Below are positions 17,316-23,931 of a stretch of DNA of 32,000 bases, piece after piece. The notes beneath the pieces are model-generated. The model was given only the letters and a program-made list of their open reading frames with translations, was not told the DNA's origin and did no database searches. The stretch lies in the NCBI GenBank assembly GCA_964514965.1, contig CAZETV010000002.1, forward strand, positions 1 through 32,000, in the 5' to 3' direction. How positions within the stretch are numbered: the stretch's first letter is position 1; the number at the start of each line of letters is the position of its first letter. This DNA is from Candidatus Hadarchaeota archaeon. Lineage in GTDB: Archaea > Hadarchaeota > Hadarchaeia > Hadarchaeales > Hadarchaeaceae. The position numbers and the translations under genes are program-made.

Positions 17316-19736
17316 ATGGAACAGGGATTTGAGACGAACCTAGAAGACGGCTTGGACGCGCAGGAGGTCCAGAGGAGGCTGGCCAAGTACGGGTACAACG
17401 AGGTTCCCGAGAGGCGAGTGAGTTTTTGGGCGAGACTGGGCAAACGTTTCTGGGGCATGGTGCCGTGGATGTTAGAAGCCACCGCCATCGTCACAATAGT
17501 TCTGGGCAAGTACCCGCAGGCACTCGTTATCGTGTTCCTCCTCCTGTTCAATGCGGGAATGTCGCTGTGGCGTGAGGGTAGGGCAAAGACGGCGATGACC
17601 AAGCTGAAGCAGAGGCTGAGAATAGAAAGCCGGGTAAGAAGGGATAGAAAATGGTCCACCGTCCCGGCTAGGGAGCTGGTTCCAGGGGATGTCGTCAGGG
17701 CCAGGATCGGCGATCTCCTGCCGGCGGACGTAAAGATCGTTGACGGTTCCCTCGGCCTGGACCAATCGGTGCTCACCGGCGAATCCGGAATCGTGGACAA
17801 GCTACCCGCGGAGATAGCCTATTCGGGGTCAGCGATCAAGCGAGGCGAGGCCACAGGCGTGGTGGTTGCCACGGGAACAAAAACCTATTTTGGCAGAACC
17901 ATCTCCCTGCTTGAACTGGCAAAGCCAAAGCTCCACATGGAAGAGGTCACGGTTAAAATTGCTCGCCAGCTTGCGATGCTGGTTGTAGCTTCTCTCCTTG
18001 TCGTCTTTGTCTACGCAGCGCTGACGGGTTTTGAGTTCGCCGTCCTGCTGCCCCTCGCCAGTGTGTTGCTCATAGCCGCTGTGCCAGTCGCCATGCCCAC
18101 AATGTTCACCATAAACATGGCGCTCGGCTCGGCGGTACTGGCCAAGCATGGCATCCTTGTCACAAGGCTCAGCGCCTCCGAAGACGCAGCAACCATGGAT
18201 GTCATATGTGTAGACAAAACGGGCACGATAACCATGAACAAGCTCTTCGTGGAGGAAGAAACACCGCTGAACGGATTCAGCGAGGGCGACGTCGTGTTGT
18301 ATGGCGCACTTGCATCAAAAGAAGCCAATCAGGACCCAATCGACATGGCCTTCCTAACGGCCGCAAAACAAGCAAACCTGACCCTAGACGCTTACTCACA
18401 AGCAGATTTCGTTCCCTTCGACCCCAAAACCAGGATGACCGAAGCCACGATCAACAAAGCGAGCGAAAAATTCTTCGTGGGAAAAGGCTCGTTCGACATA
18501 ATATGCGCTGCCTGCAACGTTCCCGAGGATGAAGCCAAGACAATGCTCAAGTTCGCTGAGGAGCTTTCTGCAAGGGGATTGAGGGTAATCGCCGTTGCCA
18601 AGGGCGAGGATAGAGGCAAGCTGGAGTTTGTCGGCCTCGCGGGCATTGCCGATCGGATAAAGGAGGATTCGCGCGAGATACTCGACCAGATCCGGGGATT
18701 GGGCGTAGAGGTGAAGATGCTCACGGGCGATTCGATTCCGATCGCCAAAAACATCGCACACCAAGTGGGATTGGGCAATAATATCACCACTATGTCAGAG
18801 ATTCAGGAGGCTGAAACCGAAAACACGCCCGTTGACTCGGTGATTGAGGAGAGCCACGGCATCGCCCAGATTTATCCCGAGGACAAGTTCAGCATAGTTA
18901 AGGCTCTCCAGCGCATGGGACACGTGGTGGGAATGACTGGGGACGGCGTGAACGACGCCCCTGCTCTGGGGCAGGCGGAAGTCGGCATCGCGGTGAAGAA
19001 CGCGACGGATATCGCCAAAGATTCTGCTAGTGCCGTGCTCACGGTTGAGGGCCTCGGCGGAATAGTGGGCATGATCAAGACGTCGAGGACGATCTACCAG
19101 AGGATCTACAGCTGGGCGCTGATGATGGTCGCCCGAAAGCTGGATATCGCCGGCTACATCGTCATCATGCTGTTTCTCACCCACTCATTTCTGCTGTCAA
19201 TAACCAGTACGGTGTTGATGCTCTTCCTGGGCGACTTCGTTTCGATGGCCATATCGACAGACAATGTACGCTCCTCTCTCAAGCCTGACACCTTCGACAT
19301 GCGCCGCCTGTTTGGGGTCAGCGGATTACTGGGTTTACTGATGATTATCGAGGGCGTGATCTTCACCGTGCCCGCCCTATTGTACTTTGGGTTGATCGGC
19401 AACGTGGATAAAATCTACACCTTCGGGTTTGCTTATCTCAACTTGGCGGGCATATCCACGCTCATGATAGTTCGTGAGCGGAATCACTTCTGGAAGTCAA
19501 AGCCCAGTAGGTTCTTGAGCGTCATGGTTCTGGCCGAAGTCCTGTTCGTGATTGTCGTCTCCGTCTTTGGCGTTCTAGAGCTTGCGCCGCTCGGCTTCGC
19601 GCCCGTGCTCGCGATTCTCGGCTTCGCGCTGGCAACGACGTTCGTAATCAACGATCCGATTAAGGTATACTTAATACGCAAATTCAAGACTAGCGTAACC
19701 AGTCATCCAAAAGGTTTAAATAATAATTTCAAATAA
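17316..19736 (+). CDS. P-type ATPase, type IIIA-like (plasma-membrane H+-ATPase family)
   Basis: Has DKTGTITMN (phosphorylation site), TGES, MLTGD and MTGDGVNDAPAL. The TM4 motif is AAVPVAMPT (P3A-like) rather than the CPC of heavy-metal P1B pumps. I prefer the ATG at 17316, because the GTG at 17235 would overlap the permease gene. Confidence 0.85.
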   Translation: MEQGFETNLEDGLDAQEVQRRLAKYGYNEVPERRVSFWARLGKRFWGMVPWMLEATAIVTIVLGKYPQALVIVFLLLFNAGMSLWREGRAKTAMTKLKQRLRIESRVRRDRKWSTVPARELVPGDVVRARIGDLLPADVKIVDGSLGLDQSVLTGESGIVDKLPAEIAYSGSAIKRGEATGVVVATGTKTYFGRTISLLELAKPKLHMEEVTVKIARQLAMLVVASLLVVFVYAALTGFEFAVLLPLASVLLIAAVPVAMPTMFTINMALGSAVLAKHGILVTRLSASEDAATMDVICVDKTGTITMNKLFVEEETPLNGFSEGDVVLYGALASKEANQDPIDMAFLTAAKQANLTLDAYSQADFVPFDPKTRMTEATINKASEKFFVGKGSFDIICAACNVPEDEAKTMLKFAEELSARGLRVIAVAKGEDRGKLEFVGLAGIADRIKEDSREILDQIRGLGVEVKMLTGDSIPIAKNIAHQVGLGNNITTMSEIQEAETENTPVDSVIEESHGIAQIYPEDKFSIVKALQRMGHVVGMTGDGVNDAPALGQAEVGIAVKNATDIAKDSASAVLTVEGLGGIVGMIKTSRTIYQRIYSWALMMVARKLDIAGYIVIMLFLTHSFLLSITSTVLMLFLGDFVSMAISTDNVRSSLKPDTFDMRRLFGVSGLLGLLMIIEGVIFTVPALLYFGLIGNVDKIYTFGFAYLNLAGISTLMIVRERNHFWKSKPSRFLSVMVLAEVLFVIVVSVFGVLELAPLGFAPVLAILGFALATTFVINDPIKVYLIRKFKTSVTSHPKGLNNNFK

Positions 19737-19754
19737 AATTGAAATGGTGTTCAC

Positions 19755-20015
19755 TTGAAGATAAGGGTTTTCGGCACGGTACCGCCCTGCGTGAAGTGCA
19801 AGGCAGCCGAAGCGGCAGTGAAGGAAGCCGTGAAGGAGCTCGGCTACAGCGATATCGAGGTGTCCAAAGAGGACGCGCTGTCGGAGGAGGCCGGAAAACT
19901 GGGCATAATGATGACGCCGACGGTGATGATAGACAGCAAAGTTATCAAGGTCGGGGGCGTCCCATCCAAGGACGAAGTTAAGCGGGCCATAGAAGGAACC
20001 AGGAAAGGCGGTTGA
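19755..20015 (+). CDS. Thioredoxin-fold protein (redox-active disulfide protein 2 / Thioredoxin_3-like), CVKC active site
   Basis: 86 aa. MKIRVFGTVPPCVKCKAAE... with a cis-Pro loop (MTPTVMID). TTG start with GGTG 9 nt upstream. Confidence 0.75.
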   Translation: MKIRVFGTVPPCVKCKAAEAAVKEAVKELGYSDIEVSKEDALSEEAGKLGIMMTPTVMIDSKVIKVGGVPSKDEVKRAIEGTRKGG

Positions 20016-20270
20016 ATGGTAAGGCTGGAGGTCTTCACGGCCGAGCCGCCGTGTCCGGGCTGCTTGAAACTACTTGAACTTGCCGACAGGATGAAGGAAG
20101 AATACAGTGACAGGGTCGAGGTCGTGAAGCACATCGGACCCTGCGACGAGTTAGCGAAGTATGGCATAACGGTGGTTCCGGCGACGGTTATCGACGGCAG
20201 GATAAAGCTGATGGGTGTCTGCCCCAGCGAGAGAACGCTCAGGACAGCCCTGTGGGAGGCGGGAGCGTGA
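20016..20270 (+). CDS. Thioredoxin-fold protein, CPGC active site plus two extra Cys
   Basis: 84 aa. The ATG immediately follows the upstream TGA (TGAATG). Has PPCPGC, a cis-Pro loop (VVPATVIDG), and extra Cys in GPCDE and GVCPS. Confidence 0.7.
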   Translation: MVRLEVFTAEPPCPGCLKLLELADRMKEEYSDRVEVVKHIGPCDELAKYGITVVPATVIDGRIKLMGVCPSERTLRTALWEAGA

Positions 20271-20524
20271 AGCTGCTGGTCGAAGTGTTCGTTTCCTTGC
20301 CGCCGTGCTCCGGGGGTAGGATGGTTAAGAAGATGATGGTGGAGATCGTGGAAAAGTACGGGGACCGCGTCGAGATCAAGACATACGAGGGAGCCAACGA
20401 AAAGACCAAGGAATATGGCATCGAAACGACCCCCGCGATTGTCATCGACAAGGACATCAGGATCACCGGCGTCGCTCCGAGCATGGAGACCTTGGAGAAC
20501 GCCTTGAAGGAAGCCGGATTATAA
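20267..20524 (+). CDS. Thioredoxin-fold protein, degenerate CSGG site (monothiol paralogue)
   Basis: 85 aa from a GTG at 20267 that overlaps the upstream TGA (GTGA). A clear paralogue of the preceding gene (EVF..PPC.G...Y.DRVE...YGI...PA.VID...GV.PS..TL..AL.EAG). Confidence 0.65.
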   Translation: MKLLVEVFVSLPPCSGGRMVKKMMVEIVEKYGDRVEIKTYEGANEKTKEYGIETTPAIVIDKDIRITGVAPSMETLENALKEAGL

Positions 20525-20548
20525 GAACCTGAAGGGCTAGTAAAGCTA

Positions 20549-20926
20549 GTGGTAGACTTGAAAAGGAGCGCAAAGGGGACAGGGCCCGTCAGACTTCGAG
20601 ACAAGATATCCGGGGCCTACGACATCTCGGAGGAATCTCTGAAACGTGCGGATAAAGAGATTCGCGCGGACACCAAGGAAGCAATAAAGTTTTTGGAAGC
20701 CTTGGACCACCCAACAAGGTTGCGCATCCTCAGGGCGCTGAGAACGGGGGAACTGTGTGTTTGCGTGTTTGTCGCGTTAATGAAGATTAAACACTCGAAG
20801 CTATCCTACCACCTAAAACTGTTGAAGAACGCGGGACTGGTTGATTCCAGGAAGGATGGATACTTCGTAGAATACAGGATCACCGATTTGGGAAGAAGAA
20901 TGTTGGAGAATATCGAGGGGCATTAA
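20549..20926 (+). CDS. arsR: ArsR/SmtB-family metalloregulator with ELCVC motif
   Basis: Winged-HTH core ALDHPTRLRILRAL..GELCVCVF......SKLSYHLKLLKNAGLV. GTG start at 20549, with an in-frame TTG at 20558 as the alternative. Confidence 0.85.
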   Translation: MVDLKRSAKGTGPVRLRDKISGAYDISEESLKRADKEIRADTKEAIKFLEALDHPTRLRILRALRTGELCVCVFVALMKIKHSKLSYHLKLLKNAGLVDSRKDGYFVEYRITDLGRRMLENIEGH

Positions 20927-20999
20927 AGTCTAACACTTCCCTTGACTGGGGACGCCTTCGGCTAGCTCTTTTGATTCCGCCTCTGACGTCATTAAAAAA

Positions 21000-21102
21000 T
21001 GGTGCGGGAGAGGGGATTCGAACCCCCGAACTCCTTCGAGGCCAGATCTTGAGTTTCGCCCTTTCGCGACTGGCGCCTTTGACCTGACTTGGCTACCCCC
21101 GC
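21000..21102 (-). tRNA. tRNA-Leu (anticodon CAA), class II, with a 15-nt insertion/intron (21055-21069) and genomically encoded CCA
   Basis: Hand-folded. Acceptor GCGGGGG/CTCCCGC, D-arm GCC-AAGTCAGGTCAAA-GGC. After removing TCGCGAAAGGGCGAA the anticodon arm is CCAGA-CTCAAGA-TCTGG. Long variable arm CCTCGAAGGAGTTC, T-arm GGGGG-TTCGAAT-CCCCT, then A73 and CCA. Confidence 0.8.
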
Positions 21103-21163
21103 AGGTGAAAATCTTGAGTTGAAGTTATTAATCGTTTGTACTCAGTTAAAGCAGGGGGAGTCA

Positions 21164-22330
21164 ATGACCGGATTCGAATCCCGTCGCGCTTTCGAACACC
21201 TCGACAAGCTGGCCTACGAGATTGGGCCTCGGTTGGCCGGCACGCGGGGCGACGGCATGGCTGCGGATTATATCCAAACGCAGCTCGAGAGTTACGGGAT
21301 CAAGACGCGGGTGCAGGAGTTCAAGTTCGTGGATCGCGCCGCTCGGGCCAAAGCCACCGCGTGCATCCTCGCCGCAGCTTTCATCACTTTTCTTTTCCTC
21401 CCACCCGAAGCTTCTTTGCTTGTCTGGATTTTGGCACTCATGGTCTGGCGCTCGCTCGATTGGCTCATGCCCAAGCGGAAGAGCCAAAACATCATCGGCA
21501 CTCTCGGGGCGCGAGAGTCGAAGAAGGGGGCCGCGATAACTGCCCACTATGACTCTGCACCTTGCATGGTGAGCTACAAGCTGCACCTATCCGTTAAGTT
21601 CACCTTTGCTCTGGCTCTCGCCCTCATCACCCTCGCCCTAGCTCTCAGGACGTTCAGTTTGCTCCCGGCGTGGTCGGTCGCATGGACAGTACTCGCGATT
21701 GTTTTCATGCCCGTTTGCGTCGGCATGTTTGTTGCAGCGAGCAGCCGGCACGTATCGCCAGGTGCTGATGACAACGCTTCAGGGGTTGTGGTAATGCTAG
21801 AAGCGGCGCGCGTGGCTGCAGAGTCCCCACCTGCTGATGCTAGGTTAACTTTCATCGCACTCGGGGCAGAAGAGCAGGGACTCGTGGGTGCGCGCAGGCT
21901 CGTGGCGAGCAAGGCGCTACCCAAAGACACGATGGTGCTTAATCTTGACATGGTTGGAGCCGGCTCACACGCTTACATCATCGAAGGCAACGGTATCTTT
22001 CTGAGGAGGAGAACTTCGCCCGAGCTCAACGAAAGACTCGCCAACTGTGTCAAAAATGTCGGGCTAAACCCGAAGTTCTGGTGGGCAGCGCTCGCCGGGC
22101 ACGACCACATCCCGTTTGTGCGGGCCAAGATGCAGGCGACTACTTTTTCAATCAGCACTCATGACCAAGACAAGCTCGGCAACTTCATCACGAGGATGTT
22201 CGGGTTGACCAATGCTAAGACAATCGGATATCGCTACATTCACACGCTTGAGGATACTCCCGAGCGGGTTGAGCTGGCTAACATCGAGCGAGCTGGCGCG
22301 GTGGTACTCGAGTTCGTTAAAACAATTTAA
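21164..22330 (+). CDS. M28-family zinc metallopeptidase with inserted transmembrane hairpins
   Basis: M28 ligand motifs occur in order: AHYDS, GADDNASG, GAEEQGLVGA, LNLDMVG, HTLEDT. The ATG at 21164 has a GGGGGAG SD 4 nt upstream. The track start at 21089 overlaps the tRNA gene and is rejected. Confidence 0.75.
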   Translation: MTGFESRRAFEHLDKLAYEIGPRLAGTRGDGMAADYIQTQLESYGIKTRVQEFKFVDRAARAKATACILAAAFITFLFLPPEASLLVWILALMVWRSLDWLMPKRKSQNIIGTLGARESKKGAAITAHYDSAPCMVSYKLHLSVKFTFALALALITLALALRTFSLLPAWSVAWTVLAIVFMPVCVGMFVAASSRHVSPGADDNASGVVVMLEAARVAAESPPADARLTFIALGAEEQGLVGARRLVASKALPKDTMVLNLDMVGAGSHAYIIEGNGIFLRRRTSPELNERLANCVKNVGLNPKFWWAALAGHDHIPFVRAKMQATTFSISTHDQDKLGNFITRMFGLTNAKTIGYRYIHTLEDTPERVELANIERAGAVVLEFVKTI

Positions 22331-22355
22331 CCCGCTCGATAAATAACGACTTGGG

Positions 22356-22856
22356 GTGATTCAGTTGAAAATTGGGTTAATGTCCGACACACACGATAAT
22401 ATCGACGCGGTGGAGCGGGCGATAGATTTATTCAACCGGACCGGAGTCGAGCACGTCTTGCATGCAGGCGACCTTGTCTCGCCTTTCGTGGCTCCGAAGT
22501 TCGCGAAGCTGAAGGCTAAGCTGCACTATGTTTTGGGAAACAACGAAGGTGACCGAGAGCATGTCCGCATCAAGTTCGGAGAAGTTGAGGTGAAGCCCCT
22601 CGGGAACTTCGCGGCGCTGGAACTGGATGGGCGGAAAATAGCGCTGTTGCACGGCGCCCACGAAGAAATCGTCGGGGCCCTCTTGAGGTCGGATAACTTT
22701 GATGTGGTCGTCCGAGGGCACACCCATCGTGCCGAAGTTCGTGATGGCAAAACACTTCTCGTCAACCCGGGCGAGGTTTGCGGGTATCTGAGCGGACGCC
22801 TGACGGTTGCCATGCTCGACTTGGCCGAACTACGCGCGGAAATTTTAGAGTTATAG
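22356..22856 (+). CDS. MJ0936/YfcE-family metallophosphoesterase (phosphodiesterase)
   Basis: KIGLMSDTHDN, HAGDL, GNNEGD and RGHTH motifs. The start is either the GTG at 22356 or the TTG at 22365, which has GGGGTGA upstream. Confidence 0.8.
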   Translation: MIQLKIGLMSDTHDNIDAVERAIDLFNRTGVEHVLHAGDLVSPFVAPKFAKLKAKLHYVLGNNEGDREHVRIKFGEVEVKPLGNFAALELDGRKIALLHGAHEEIVGALLRSDNFDVVVRGHTHRAEVRDGKTLLVNPGEVCGYLSGRLTVAMLDLAELRAEILEL

Positions 22857-22900
22857 TTCACTATTTTAGTATGCGCGATTAACTCGGCTCAGGGAGAAGA

Positions 22901-23911
22901 TTGATTGAGCTCATCACGATAGTCGCACTGCTCGCTGGTTTTTACTTAGTGGTTTGGAACATCGGCGCGAATGGTTCCGCTAATTGCGTGGGGACAGCGG
23001 TTGGCGGGAGGATTTTGTCATATCGCCGCGCAATCGCGATCGTGATACTGTTTGTCCTCTTGGGTGTGGTCCTAGAGGGTTGGAAAAACATGAAAACCGT
23101 GGGAGATGCCATCGTGATCGGGGCGGGCGGCGTAAATCCTCTTTCCAAAATTCCCCAGGCCACAATTGCCGCATTGCTTGCAGTCGGGATATGGGTCACG
23201 ATAATTACTGTAAAAGGTATACCTGTTTCCACTTCACAGGCCACAGTAGGTGCGGTTGTTGGGGCGGGTTTGCTGATATCTTACACGCAGGCAGGCATTG
23301 GTGCGAGCGTTCAATTCGATGTACTTGGCACTATTATCGTGGCTTGGGTGTTAAGTCCCTTTATTGCAGCCATTCTCGCTTTTATCTTGTTAAAAGTCTT
23401 CGGTCCTCCACTGCGGAAAATAAAGGATATCGTATTGCTCAACCAAATCCTAACCATCCTTGTCATTGCGGCTAGCGCGTTTGTCGCCTACACTCTCGGC
23501 GCCAACGATGTGGGCGCGTCCACCGGAGTGGTTTACGCGTTTTTTGGAGGGAATGGGCTAGACTTCAGGCTCATCGGGCTGTTCGGCGGGGTTGCTTTGG
23601 CGGTCGGCGTGTTGACTTACAGCCACAAGGTGATGCATACGGTGGGTACGGGGATAACCAAGCTCGACGCCTTGACCGCTTTCGCTGCTCAACTGGGGGC
23701 GGCCCTCACGGTCTGGTCGTTCGTACAATTTGGAATACCTGTGTCTACAACGCAGGCTATTGTTGGTGCTGTGATTGGGGCAGGACTCGTGAAAGGTGTA
23801 GCTGCCGTGAGCGGAAAAAAAATTGGCAATATAGGAGTGGCTTGGGCCTTGACTCCAGCTATCACATGCACGCTTTCGTTCTTACTCGGATGGTTGTTAT
23901 TGATTGTGTGA
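22901..23911 (+). CDS. Inorganic phosphate transporter, PiT (PHO4) family
   Basis: 336-aa polytopic ORF with the duplicated GANGSAN / GANDVGA signature motifs. TTG start preceded by AGGGAG. Confidence 0.85.
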   Translation: MIELITIVALLAGFYLVVWNIGANGSANCVGTAVGGRILSYRRAIAIVILFVLLGVVLEGWKNMKTVGDAIVIGAGGVNPLSKIPQATIAALLAVGIWVTIITVKGIPVSTSQATVGAVVGAGLLISYTQAGIGASVQFDVLGTIIVAWVLSPFIAAILAFILLKVFGPPLRKIKDIVLLNQILTILVIAASAFVAYTLGANDVGASTGVVYAFFGGNGLDFRLIGLFGGVALAVGVLTYSHKVMHTVGTGITKLDALTAFAAQLGAALTVWSFVQFGIPVSTTQAIVGAVIGAGLVKGVAAVSGKKIGNIGVAWALTPAITCTLSFLLGWLLLIV

Positions 23912-23931
23912 AAAATGTAAAAAAATAAAAA

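Larger units (their letters stand above)
15899..21028. mobile_element. Putative integrase-less integrated island at tRNA-Leu (~5.1 kb) carrying a permease / P-type ATPase / 3x thioredoxin-fold / ArsR operon
   Basis: Bounded by the 29-nt direct repeat of the tRNA 3' end. The cargo lies immediately downstream of the tRNA 3' end. The interior is visibly GC-richer and uses many AGG/AGA Arg codons. No recombinase ORF is present. Confidence 0.55.

Noticed and set aside
16973-17800. 275-aa minus-strand ORF antisense to the permease/ATPase junction. Similar long overlapping ORFs occur at 16144-16794 (+), 16396-16758 (-), 18392-18790 (-) and 21574-21951 (-).
   Set aside because: They lie entirely within, or antisense to, strongly supported genes. 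Their low-complexity Arg/Pro/Gly/Ser-rich composition is typical of shadow ORFs in GC-rich DNA. They have no recognisable motifs.
20984-20991. Perfect 8-bp palindrome TGACGTCA between arsR and the tRNA 3' end.
   Set aside because: It is short enough to occur by chance and has no partner site. It is noted only because it lies next to the att core.
15899-21028. Search for an integrase, transposase, or split SSV-type int fragments overlapping the att-like repeats.
   Set aside because: No ORF in or next to the island has recombinase-like motifs, and the non-coding arms (15928-16153 and 20927-20999) are too short. The element is therefore called integrase-less, not autonomous.
21089-21163. N-terminal extension of the M28 peptidase ORF in the track (start at 21089).
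   Set aside because: It overlaps the tRNA-Leu gene (21000-21102). The downstream ATG at 21164 has a good GGGGGAG SD.
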